A DNA stretch of 18,576 nucleotides, taken from contig CAXXSM010000087.1 of assembly GCA_963663405.2 (NCBI GenBank), positions 1 through 18,576 of the forward strand, written 5' to 3'. The notes under the pieces were generated by a model. That model made no database searches and was not told the DNA's origin. It saw only the letters and a program-made list of their open reading frames with translations. This DNA is from a bacterium. Its GTDB lineage: Bacteria; Hinthialibacterota; Hinthialibacteria; Hinthialibacterales; Hinthialibacteraceae. Position 1 is the first letter of the stretch; every line of letters starts with the position of its first letter. The translations under genes and the position numbers were made by a program. Positions 1 to 9,687 of the stretch are shown here, in pieces.

Positions 1-3000
1 TCCTTCGATCCATCATTCGCCCAGGGATCGAGTTGATTGGGATCTTTCAGCTGCTGACCCCGCAAGCGGGGGACGACGATGTAGAAGCAGGACGCGTCTC
101 GAAGGGATGAAATATCCCCCCACAATTTTTCAAACTGCGCGACGGGGTATACATCTTCCTGCCCCTGCCCCCACCGGCGTTTCACGTCTTTAATCGTCAC
201 GTATGTCGGCACACGCGCGGCCATTGAACGCACCGCTTCCGCCAGCGATTCGGGAGGGCCGTATAAAATCTTCCCTGCGCAGGTTGAATAATCCCAATAA
301 GCGATCGATATCAATCCACGTCGTCAGTGAGTTGTAATAGCGAAGTTTGAATTCATCAGATTCATTTGGTTGAGCCAAACCTTCGAGAATACGGACCTGC
401 CCATTCACCCTCGCCAATCCGCCTCCCCGGTCCTCCAGGCGGCGGGGGATCATTTCAAAACTGAGTGTATTTTTAGATTGAATATGCAGGCCCGAGAATT
501 CCCGGATCCAAGTTCGCGCCGAGTGTGTCGATATTGTGAAGCATCAAATATTTAAGAGAGGGTTGTCCTTGCAGAAGTTTCGCAAGAACTCCGTTCAAGA
601 TCATGTTGGGCGTTTCATAAAAATGGCCGGGAGGGTTTAAACCGCTGAATCGGCACGTTATCGACATATAAACTTCCTTCCCCCATCTCTTGCGCCCAAT
701 TTTTCAGCGCTTCCCGAACAGCGTCACGGACTTTCTGTTTTGTTTTCGTCCAAAGTCTCCTGCGGCATTTCTTCCCATAAGAACATCAAATCCCGGACCA
801 TGGGAATCAAACGATGCCCGATCGACCGGCCCGGTGAGAGATGCAATGGCCCTTTATAGGTATACCCGTCGTTCCGATCGAGATGTTTTTGAATCGGCTC
901 GTGGGTCAGGTAGCTGGTGGTGAAGATATGAGGAACAACAGTTCGAAACTGGTTCATCACGCGGCGGCTTTTGGCGAGGTGTATTTCCATGAAACTGCGA
1001 TGACAGCCCGCCATGTTGACAAACGGATTGGCCGCTTTAACAACACCGGCGCCGGAGGTCCAGCGGCTGCCCATTCCAGCGGCGAGAGAGATCACCGCTA
1101 CCTCTCCGGCTTCGATAGAATGCCGCCCGGCCTGAACCGCCGTCTCTGAAATCCCATTTTCGGCGATGTACACATCACCGTCTTCCACATCCGTAATTTC
1201 CGCATCAATCGGAAGCCGGTTCCGCGCCAGGCCGATCCGCCCATGACGCAGGTCCGCGCATAATTGCTCTTGTTGAACGGGATCGTATCCATTCTCTTTC
1301 ATTAGCCGTTCCGCTTCTTGATCCCAATCCAAGCGATCTTGCCCCGCGCGGCCTCCTGACAGAGGAAACAGATGATTCACCATTGTCCGAAGCGTATGAA
1401 TCAATTGGCCAGTCTCTCGACAATGGGTCGTGAAATGTTCTAAATCAAGGCTGCGGGTTGCAGTGATCTCTTTTGCGGGTGTCTTCACCATTGCGGGAAC
1501 ATGCAAAGCGTAGTACGGTACCGGCATCATAGCTTCATCACCGATATGGAGAGACGCGGTGGAGCCATATTCGTTAATCTGGAAATCGTAAACAACCGGA
1601 TCGATCGACGAAAGGAAGCGTAATCCTGTAATTCCTGCTTGGTTGTAAGCATGATTTGATGGATATCTTCCACAAAGGTATCCCGCCGTTCGGGAGCCAC
1701 AAACATCGCCATCCCACCACCCGACATCCCACCGAGCATGAGAAATCCCCAAGAAATCAGAACCATACGACTGTCGCGCGCGGTTCGATAATGGTCTCGG
1801 TAAAATGATTCGTGACCCAGGGGATAATTGTTTTTAACGGTCCGTTCCAGTTCTGCGTAGTCAGCGACGCGAGTTGTTTGACATCGCCTTCTTCAAGGGA
1901 TTGGCAAATCCGATCAAAGATACCATGCATCTCCTGCCGGGCGATCCATTCCTCCTTCGAACGCAGAAGATACTTCTCCGTGACCATTTCAAGAATCGGC
2001 CCGACATTCTGCGCCATCCCTCCGTGGATTAACACCAACGAGCGCGCCAGCTGATCCCGCAGTTCTGCAGGCGCGCGGTTTTGATCCCATACATCATGCT
2101 GCGGCAAGAGACGGCCACGGCTGATTCCATATTCCGGGTCGTCTTCCTGCGCTTCCACGCCGTATATTTTCTTGATCCCTGGCCAGATACCTCCAGAATC
2201 CTGCCATCCGCCGCCTGAACCGCCAAGCCACTCACCAAGTATCGCGCGTGAGGCGACGAGGACGCCGGGCGTCTTCATCCAAGGGACCGGTAAGACGAGC
2301 CGTCTGCCCCGTGGCGCGCATTAACAGCGCGATAATCGACGCCAGCAGGTTCGTTGATACCGCCAGCCTCGAACCTTTTGGAATGTTATTCACCTTTGCC
2401 ACGAGTTCGATCCCCATCCGTTGGCCCACAACTTGAGAGAGGATTTTCCTCAAAGATTGGCCCGTCCCTTCAAAGGAGGGAGGAATCAAACCGGACGCGA
2501 TCACACCCGCCTTGAGAAGCCCCAAGTAATCATTTCCAAAGTTGAATAAATCCTCCAAGTCATAGATATCTTTGGTGGCTTCTAAATCAACGCTGGTGAG
2601 CCGGAGGATGGGTTCTCCGATGACACGCGTATACGTTTCGATGGGTGGAGATGTAGCGTTATCCCGGTTGTGAACGCCTAAATCAACCGATATGTTCAAC
2701 ACCCCGCGCGCCTTCGGGATAATCCATTCCCAAGAAAAAAATATCCGACCACCCACTGTGGGAAAGATCCAACCGGACAGGTGTCTTCTCACAAAGAATC
2801 GGATAATAGGGGGAGCCGTCTATACGGCTGGTCAGTTCCCGCCGGATGCGAACGGAATGATCGATGGCGTTTCCAACCCGGAACATCCATTGATTGCCCC
2901 GCGACGCCCGCACCGACCGGCGCACTTGATCCGTCAGCGTTTCAAAAGCTAAGTCCCGGTAACATTGAGCGATCGCGCTGAAGAGCGTTCCACTCGGGCC

Positions 3001-3322
3001 GTTCCGCCGGACCGCGTCCTGCAGCCGCTCCAACGCTTCTTCAAACCGCCGGTCAAGCAGATCTTCATACGCCCGGTAAGGAATATACCCCGCCCGCGAA
3101 ACCTGCCCCGCTTCCATTAAGTAAAACCGGTAAATGTGAAAAAGAAACAAACAGGTGCGAACCCGTTCATACAGATTGCCGCTCGCACGGCGGAAAGTCT
3201 CGAGTTCCGCGCAGGAATCAAGGAGTACTTCATATGGCGCGCCATCCACCAATTCATCGAGAGAACAATTCCGGATAGTGGGATCAGCCGCTTGTGATGG
3301 TATGTAAAAATGGATTCGTCAT
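1..3322 (-). CDS. Bifunctional GHMP-family sugar kinase / UDP-sugar pyrophosphorylase (UDPGP-like) fusion, ~1100 aa; split by multiple frameshifts; 3' end runs off the window
   Basis: Consecutive minus-strand ORF pieces (2683-3252, 2232-2792, 1757-2278, 1527-1766, 724-1752, 473-667, 190-453 and a frame running to base 1) join into one protein starting [11 protein letters not shown] at ATG 3322. Kinase motifs: [52 protein letters not shown]. Pyrophosphorylase motifs: [50 protein letters not shown]. The breaks I traced are single-base indels, mostly in A or G runs. Confidence 0.85.
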
Positions 3323-3365
3323 TCCGTTATATATGAACGTTCAATTTAGTTCAGCCGTAAATTCT

Positions 3366-4335
3366 CTAATCGTTCCCCATTTTCCGCTGCTCTTGCCGAA
3401 GGAGAATCTCGACGAGATCGGCGAGCATCTGCTCCCGGTCGGCGCCAGCCAGCGCCAACGCGATCTGCGCCTCCACAAATCCGTAGGGAACGCCGATATC
3501 GTACCGCCGCCCACAAGTCTCCAACGCGAGGTATTTCTCCCGCCGGGAGAGTTCCTGCAACGCGGGAGTCAACTGGATCTCTCCCTTTTCCCTTCGGTCT
3601 TGCCGGATATGCTCGTCAAGAATCTCAAAGATCGCGTGGTGTCAACACATGCATCCCAAAGAAACAGAGATAATGACCCAACCGCAGCCCCGGAACCTGC
3701 AGTTTACATTCCGCCACGCTGAGCGTCGGTTTTTCGATCATCTCTTCGATCTGATAGACTTGAGGTTTGCCGGGAACGCGTTTTCCCCCGACGGTTCCAT
3801 ACAAGCGGATAAGGTGTTCCCGCGTCGCCTGGACGGCGGACGACGGCGCATTCCATCTCCTGCGCCAGATCCATGATCTGAGCCGCGCAACGGCGGCTTT
3901 CGTCAGAGATATAGAGATGATCGCCCCAACAATAATAGAATCGGCTCATCCCCCAGCGAACTCTTTCGCGCACCAGACAGCGTGCCCGTATCCTTCCGGT
4001 GAGGTTTGGGGAATAAAACAGAACCGTTTTTTCGAGTTCTTTGAGCCGCTGCGCCCTGTTCCCGCGCCCACTCCGTGTCTTTGTAGGCCGCAAGAAGGTT
4101 CTCCGACAGCCCACGGAACTGCGCGCGGTAGTGTTCTTCATCCCCGGGCGCCGAGATGACCGCGATCGACTCGATTCCGCTATCCAACGCTTCCTCGCCA
4201 ATGATCTGGATCACGGGTTTCGTCAATCCATCCCGGTCAACGAGAGGAAAGCATCGCTTTCTGGACCGTGCTCGAAGCCGGATACTGCCGAACCCCGCGC
4301 CCAGCCGCCGTAATCACCGCTTTTCGAATTTGCAT
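3366..4335 (-). CDS. galU: GalU-like sugar-phosphate nucleotidyltransferase (NTP_transferase family), frameshifted
   Basis: From ATG 4335: [29 protein letters not shown](fs)[26 protein letters not shown], then GDEP..L.GDHLY, and a C-terminal [19 protein letters not shown]. These are GalU/RmlA-type signature motifs spread over ORF pieces 3903-4226, 3704-4201 and 3366-3572. The sugar and nucleotide specificity are inferred. Confidence 0.75.
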
Positions 4336-4568
4336 GGAATCTTAAACACCTTACTAGACTACGCTGGAATACTGATCCTATGTAACCAAAAAGATAATCC
4401 AGCGGAACAATTCAATTGGATTACACTATATTATAGGAAGAAGTGGATGCGAAAAAGGTTTTTCCAAAAAAAGGGGGCAAATATTCACCTTAATTCAAAA
4501 AAATCATATAAATAGAATTCCCATTTGCTAATGGATATCACACAGATCGAACAAATACCAGGTAAGTA

Positions 4569-4611
4569 ATCCTGAACATCTTATCCATCTTGTCCATCCT
4601 AATTCAGACAA
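4569..4611. repeat. Degenerate 9-bp tandem repeat (ATCCTGAAC ATCTTATCC ATCTTGTCC ATCCTAATT) followed by CAGACAA
   Basis: Four 9-nt-periodic ATC(C/T)T units are directly visible in the intergenic region just past the stop codon of the 4625-5113 gene. Confidence 0.6.
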
Positions 4612-4624
4612 AGAAAAACCAACC

Positions 4625-5113
4625 TCATTCCATCTCCACCCCCGCATGAAACGAACGAGCCATTGGTTTCGCATAGGCCAGAATTCCGAGTCCGAATAAG
4701 AGTTGAGCGCCGGGTTTAATCATAAAACGAAAATCTTGAGGCCACACAAATTTGGGCAAACTGGCTCCACCTTGAAACACAAGAGCATGTTGAGCAAAGG
4801 AATTCATATTATCCACAACAGAAAGACCAATAAAATAGACTCCCAAGACCGAAAAGGCGATAATATGCAATTGCCGCGCCGAAATCCCCGTCACGGTCTC
4901 TTCCTGATCCATACCCGCGGTGATCTGATTCGCCAGCGGTTCAGCAAATATCCACAAGAGAACCGCGCCAAGAACAGCCCCGGTCATTGAAATTATCGAA
5001 TGCACAGACATATTCGGACTACCAAATAACGTTGGTAAATACGCAAAAATCGGATACAAAAAGTATAAAGCCATTATTCTACACACCAACACACCAATCT
5101 CTTTTTTGCTCAT
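4625..5113 (-). CDS. Hypothetical integral membrane protein (~4 TM helices)
   Basis: 162-aa ORF with four hydrophobic segments arranged as two similar halves. A GGAGG ribosome-binding site lies 8 nt upstream of the ATG. Confidence 0.8.
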   Translation of the reverse strand: MSKKEIGVLVCRIMALYFLYPIFAYLPTLFGSPNMSVHSIISMTGAVLGAVLLWIFAEPLANQITAGMDQEETVTGISARQLHIIAFSVLGVYFIGLSVVDNMNSFAQHALVFQGGASLPKFVWPQDFRFMIKPGAQLLFGLGILAYAKPMARSFHAGVEME

Positions 5114-5234
5114 TAGAAATACCTCCCGATCAAGGTTATTAGACCAATATATTACTATAGAACAGATAACAACAAATATAAAGATATGATTTAATTTTAT
5201 TCAATCACCACAAGAACGAAAGTTTCAATTTTTC

Positions 5235-5263
5235 TTGATTTTCAAACAAATCAACATTATACT
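5235..5263 (+). promoter_or_regulatory. Sigma-70-type promoter of the HD cassette, overlapped by an inverted repeat
   Basis: TTGATT (5235-5240), 17 nt, TATACT (5258-5263). The inverted repeat TTGATTT-N6-AAATCAA spans 5235-5254. Confidence 0.55.
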
Positions 5264-5321
5264 TTGTGTAATTTGAACACCCCACCAAAATTCACATCGC
5301 AACGATAAGGAGAAAAGAGGA

Positions 5322-6605
5322 ATGGCGAATTCAAATCGTTTGTATGAATTTCGGTGTCCTGTTTTCGGCTTTATTGAATTAAACGATTGGGAAAGGGACA
5401 TTATTTCAGAACCAGCATTTCAGCGACTTCGCCGGATTCGCCAGCTTGCCCTGACTGATTATGTCTATCCAGGAGCCATGCACACTCGTTTCGAACATTC
5501 TCTTGGCGTGATGCACATGGCGACGCTGTTATTTGATGGAATCACCCAGCGATCAAAGGAAATTCTTGAAAATGATTATGGATTTAATCGCGATGGATTA
5601 AAACGAAGCCGAGTGATTGTTCGTATCGCCGCTCTCTTGCATGATGTAGGGCATCCACCATTCTCTCATGCGAGTGAAGAATTGTTTCCTTTAAAAAAGA
5701 ACAAAGGATCAACGGTTCACTATAAACATGAGGATTATTCCGCAGCGATTGTCCGCTATAAATTTAAATCCATTATTGAGGACCACAAAATCAACAAAAA
5801 TTATGACATCAAAGCAGATGATATTGCTAATTTTCTTGAAGGAGATCAAAATACAGGAGAAATTTTATTTTGGCGCAATCTTATCTCTGGCCAATTGGAT
5901 GCGGATAGAATCGATTATTTGCTCCGTGATTCACACCACACAGGTGTAAGTTATGGAAAATTCGATTGGCAACGTCTTGTTAACACCGTGGAAATAATTC
6001 CTATTAAATATGATTCTTCGATGAATTTCATTGGAGTCAATGAAAGCGGTTTACATGCTGCGGAAGCGTTGATCTTGGCTCGATTTTTCATGTTCACCCA
6101 AGTTTATTTTCATAAGACACGTGTAGCATACGATTTTCATCTTCGTAAAGCGATGAAAAAAATACTCTCGAATAAAAAGTTACCCTCTCCTAAAGAAAAA
6201 AATCTTGATACATTCTTAGAATGGGACGATTGGAAAGTGCTTGGATTTCTCTCACAAGGAGAAGGAGGGGAACACGGACAACGAATTAGAGAAAGAAATC
6301 ACTATCGGGAAATCCGACATACTCCAGAGACACCTGTTCAACATGATTTAGAAATACTTGAAAAATGGCGTGATGCTTTAGGAAAATTATTAATGGCAGA
6401 AGAACTAGCAAGTAAATCTTGGTACAAATTAAAAGAAGAAGATATTCCTATAATCACAGAAACGAAAGTAAGATCGGTGATTCCATTGTCCAATCTTTCA
6501 ACCATAGTATCAAAGATTAGCGCAACAAAGAAAGTATCACTCTATGTAAAAAAAGAAGATGTTGATGAGGCGGAAAACAAACTACAGAGAATCGGGGAAA
6601 ATTGA
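5322..6605 (+). CDS. HD-superfamily metal-dependent phosphohydrolase (SAMHD1/YwfO/COG1078-like, putative dNTP triphosphohydrolase)
   Basis: 427 aa with RCPVFGFI, FQRLRRIRQL, VYPGAMHTRFEHSLGVMH, AALLHDVGHPPFSH, LDADRIDYLLRDSHHTG and ARFFMFTQVYFHK. AAGGAG/GAGG ribosome-binding site upstream. Confidence 0.93.
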   Translation: MANSNRLYEFRCPVFGFIELNDWERDIISEPAFQRLRRIRQLALTDYVYPGAMHTRFEHSLGVMHMATLLFDGITQRSKEILENDYGFNRDGLKRSRVIVRIAALLHDVGHPPFSHASEELFPLKKNKGSTVHYKHEDYSAAIVRYKFKSIIEDHKINKNYDIKADDIANFLEGDQNTGEILFWRNLISGQLDADRIDYLLRDSHHTGVSYGKFDWQRLVNTVEIIPIKYDSSMNFIGVNESGLHAAEALILARFFMFTQVYFHKTRVAYDFHLRKAMKKILSNKKLPSPKEKNLDTFLEWDDWKVLGFLSQGEGGEHGQRIRERNHYREIRHTPETPVQHDLEILEKWRDALGKLLMAEELASKSWYKLKEEDIPIITETKVRSVIPLSNLSTIVSKISATKKVSLYVKKEDVDEAENKLQRIGEN

Positions 6606-6606
6606 A

Positions 6607-7170
6607 ATGGATTATTTTGATCAAATGTGGAGTCGTTTGGCGACACTTGGGAAACTGGTCGGAAAAGCGCCGAATCAATATTTGGGCCATACAGCCATTA
6701 TGAAACTAACCTATTTTCTTCAAGTTCTAAAAAAAGTTCCTCTTGGCTATGATTTCAGATTTTATTATTATGGTCCCTATGATTCGGATGTATTGGGTGA
6801 TTTAAACTACGCCGAATGTTTAGGCGTTGTGAATAGTGAAGTAGAATATTATCCAAAAGGAGGATACGGATACAGAGTAAGCCGTGGGAAAGCAGCGGAT
6901 GAAATCGACGAAAAGGCAAAAGATTTCCTAAAAAAATATGAAGATGATATTAATTGGGTAATCCAAAAATTTGGGAATCGAAATGCGTCACAACTTGAAT
7001 TGGTTAGTTCAATCATTGGCATGTCTTTGGATAGGAGGAAAGACGGCAATCCTTTTTCTTTGGACTCAATAGTGAAAAAAGTAAAAAAAATTAAACCGCA
7101 TTTTGAAATACAACAAATCAAAGAAGAAGCGCAAAGTTTACTTGATGCCAAGATAATTCTTTCAAAATAG
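6607..7170 (+). CDS. YwgA-family / Panacea (DUF4065, SocA)-like winged-helix protein, putative antitoxin or regulator
   Basis: 187 aa from ATG 6607, 1 nt after the HD stop (TGA-A-ATG). Motifs GHTAIMKLTYFLQ, LGYDFRFYYYGPYDSDV and NASQLELVSSI are typical of the YwgA/DUF4065 group. Confidence 0.75.
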   Translation: MDYFDQMWSRLATLGKLVGKAPNQYLGHTAIMKLTYFLQVLKKVPLGYDFRFYYYGPYDSDVLGDLNYAECLGVVNSEVEYYPKGGYGYRVSRGKAADEIDEKAKDFLKKYEDDINWVIQKFGNRNASQLELVSSIIGMSLDRRKDGNPFSLDSIVKKVKKIKPHFEIQQIKEEAQSLLDAKIILSK

Positions 7171-7194
7171 GATAATCCCTCTCATCAATCGTCC

Positions 7195-9426
7195 CTAAGG
7201 CAGCCCCTGCCGCCAGCGGATATACCATTCCACACATAAAAACAATATCAACGCTAACACGTACCACCATTTCTCTCCCAAAAACAGTTGTGTCTGTTCT
7301 TCGAAGATTTCAGTTGATTTTGGAATTTTTTCGGCGAGGTGTTTCCAGGCGGGTTGATTGGCGTACTCTCCGCCGGCGAGTTCCGCGATTTGGCGCAGAT
7401 CGTTGATATTCTGGCTAAGATTATGCGTCTCTTTGGCCGTCGTCACGACTCGAAAATCCGCTGTGGCGTCTTTTATTTCCGTTGTGATCCGATAATCCCC
7501 AGGATTGACTGGCGTGTATTTGGCTTTAAAGACGCCGGGTTCTCCTTCGTCCATTTCCAGCCAGAGCCGTTCGTTCCGCTCCGGTCCGTTCACGTAGACG
7601 GTCTTACCCACCATCGACGCGTCTTGGATCTCTCCGGGGGAAACATATGTGACCAACACGGGAGTGAACGCGTCATAGAGAAAACCGTCCGTGTAGAGTT
7701 TCCCCGGCTCCGCATGCAACCGGGGCTGACATTCATACACCAAACCAAGCCAGAACGGAGTGAGAATATCCCGCCCAGTCAATAAATACCAACGCCAGAA
7801 GGACGGGCTCAACATACTCACAATACGGCCGAGTCCAAAACGGCGCAAAATAACCAAATCCACATTCCGGCTATTCGTTTCCACTCCTTCCAAAAGAACT
7901 TGCCCCCCAGAAGCTCGTGTCCGCGCAAGAGAGAATGAATCCAACGGCGGCAATTCATCCCTGGGAATCATTTTCAACGCTTCCCGGATCGCCGCGGAGG
8001 AAGAACCATCCGGCTGCGCAAGAACGGGTCTTGGTATCATGTTAAAGGTTTGCGCAAGCGGCGCGGGGAGAACACCACGCAGATCCAGCGAAGGCGCCTT
8101 CCGGTTTTGAGAACCGGGAATAAAAAGAACGCCCCCTCCATCTTCGATATAAGAACGCAGTTCTTGCGTGAAAGAGACCGGCGTTTCCGCAAAGGAATAA
8201 TTATAGAGAATGACGGCGGAAAAGTCTTTCATTCGCTCTTGAATCTCATCCAATGTCTTCGCCGGTTCAACATCGTATCGCTCTGGAGATGGCTCCTCCA
8301 TTCGTTCCCTCACCCAGGTACGGTCTCCAAGTAATGAAACCCGGTCTTTCATAACCAAGTACGATTGAAGATCAAAGGATTTTCGATCCTCAAACACACG
8401 TTTAAGAAACTTTAATCCCCAATTGGGCGCTCCGCAGAGTAGCAGAATCCGGTCTTTTTCCTTCAGAACACGGACGCCCCGCGTGATCGTGTTGTTGTGA
8501 GTAAAGAGTTCACCGTTGAGCGGTGTAATTTCCGCGGTGAATTTATAATTCCCCTCAGCAAGATAGGGAATGGAGAACGAGAGCGCCGTTTCTCTTTCCG
8601 TTTCCGTAAATTGTATCTTCCGTTCTTGATAGAATGTTTCCGTTCCTTCGTCAGGGCCTCCGCGCAGCTGGATTGTCACCTCTTCCGGCATAACATCTCC
8701 ACCAGCGGCGGCGTGAAGTACCAGTTCCAGTGGATCCCCTGCACGGATGAAAGCGGGCATTTCGATCGATTCAATATAGAGATCAAAGATCCGTTCCAAA
8801 GTCCCGATTCCAAATGTAAAGATCCGCTCATCCACGAGTCCGAATTCAGAATCACCTGCGCCGATTCGATCTCCTGCGGCCGTAAGAGGATTTTCTCCAT
8901 GATTCCATTGACCGTCAGTGAACAGAAGCAGGTAGGCGGATTCATCCCTTTTCCGGGCGATTTGAAAGGCGCGGATCACTGTAGCCAGATCCGTGCGTGT
9001 AAACGCAGGAGTGGCGGATTCGGGAAGCGCCGCGCGCCAAGGCGATTCATTCCGGGCGGCCATAGCGCACGCCGAAAAGAGCCCATAGCGCGCCGGAAAT
9101 CCATTCGCCTTCCAATACGAAAGAAGCCCCCCCTCCTTGAGCGTTTGGATCGTGGTTTTCCATCGGGAAAGGCCGTTCGTTTTAGGATCAATGGGAAACG
9201 ACATGCTTTGGGAATCATCCAGCGCAATATAAAGGCTAGGCGCTTGGGTAAAACGCTGGGTTTGAAGGACCATTGGCCGGAAAAACAAGACCATTAACGC
9301 GATCAGAAAAAGAAGCCTGCAAATCGTAAGAAGAGTCCGGATTCCCGGTGAGATAGGCGCGTCCAGACGCTTTATGGAGTAGAGATAGATCGTCAGACCG
9401 ATAATGAAGATAAAAAAGATCAACAA
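7195..9426 (-). CDS. Membrane-anchored vWA-domain protein with a GATase-like domain
   Basis: 743 aa. Two N-terminal TM helices, a MIDAS motif ALDDSQSM with TDL and LFTDGQWN, an Ig/CARDB-like segment (GELFTHNN), a GATase-like segment (YIEDGGGVLFIPG, GLGRIV..SFWRW) and a C-terminal TM ending CVEWYIRWRQGLP. The start codon (TTG) is uncertain. Confidence 0.8.
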   Translation of the reverse strand: MLIFFIFIIGLTIYLYSIKRLDAPISPGIRTLLTICRLLFLIALMVLFFRPMVLQTQRFTQAPSLYIALDDSQSMSFPIDPKTNGLSRWKTTIQTLKEGGLLSYWKANGFPARYGLFSACAMAARNESPWRAALPESATPAFTRTDLATVIRAFQIARKRDESAYLLLFTDGQWNHGENPLTAAGDRIGAGDSEFGLVDERIFTFGIGTLERIFDLYIESIEMPAFIRAGDPLELVLHAAAGGDVMPEEVTIQLRGGPDEGTETFYQERKIQFTETERETALSFSIPYLAEGNYKFTAEITPLNGELFTHNNTITRGVRVLKEKDRILLLCGAPNWGLKFLKRVFEDRKSFDLQSYLVMKDRVSLLGDRTWVRERMEEPSPERYDVEPAKTLDEIQERMKDFSAVILYNYSFAETPVSFTQELRSYIEDGGGVLFIPGSQNRKAPSLDLRGVLPAPLAQTFNMIPRPVLAQPDGSSSAAIREALKMIPRDELPPLDSFSLARTRASGGQVLLEGVETNSRNVDLVILRRFGLGRIVSMLSPSFWRWYLLTGRDILTPFWLGLVYECQPRLHAEPGKLYTDGFLYDAFTPVLVTYVSPGEIQDASMVGKTVYVNGPERNERLWLEMDEGEPGVFKAKYTPVNPGDYRITTEIKDATADFRVVTTAKETHNLSQNINDLRQIAELAGGEYANQPAWKHLAEKIPKSTEIFEEQTQLFLGEKWWYVLALILFLCVEWYIRWRQGLP

Positions 9427-9687
9427 CGACGATATCCTTTCACTTGACTTTGTACAGAGTCGAACGCGCCTTTTTCCCGCGCGGGTATGTCAATTCGATC
9501 ACCTTGGGGTATCATTATATAAGAGAATGTGGATAAAATAAGACGCTGACCCGGTTTTACATTCATCTCCCGGCGTACACTGTCGCTTTGTTTTAACTGA
9601 ATATCCACGATTCGATTTGTCTGAGAGTGTCATAGCGGTGAAATTATCTTCCACTCAATAAAATCGAATGTATGACGTTTCAATGAA

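Noticed and set aside
3294-4515. Several plus-strand ORFs (3294-3722, 3767-4159, 4156-4515)
   Set aside because: They are antisense to the GalU-like gene or run into AT-rich intergenic DNA, with no protein-family signal.
4520-7200. HD cassette as a defined mobile element
   Set aside because: I found no integrase, transposase, terminal repeats or target-site duplication by eye. Only the compositional shift supports horizontal acquisition.
8497-9297. 266-aa plus-strand ORF (and smaller ORFs at 7339-8334)
   Set aside because: These are antisense shadows of the well-supported vWA gene, with no recognisable motifs.
9420-9608. 62-aa minus-strand ORF upstream of the vWA gene
   Set aside because: No motif or ribosome-binding site support, and it lies in the divergent promoter region. 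I cannot exclude that part of it is a frameshifted N-terminus of the vWA gene.
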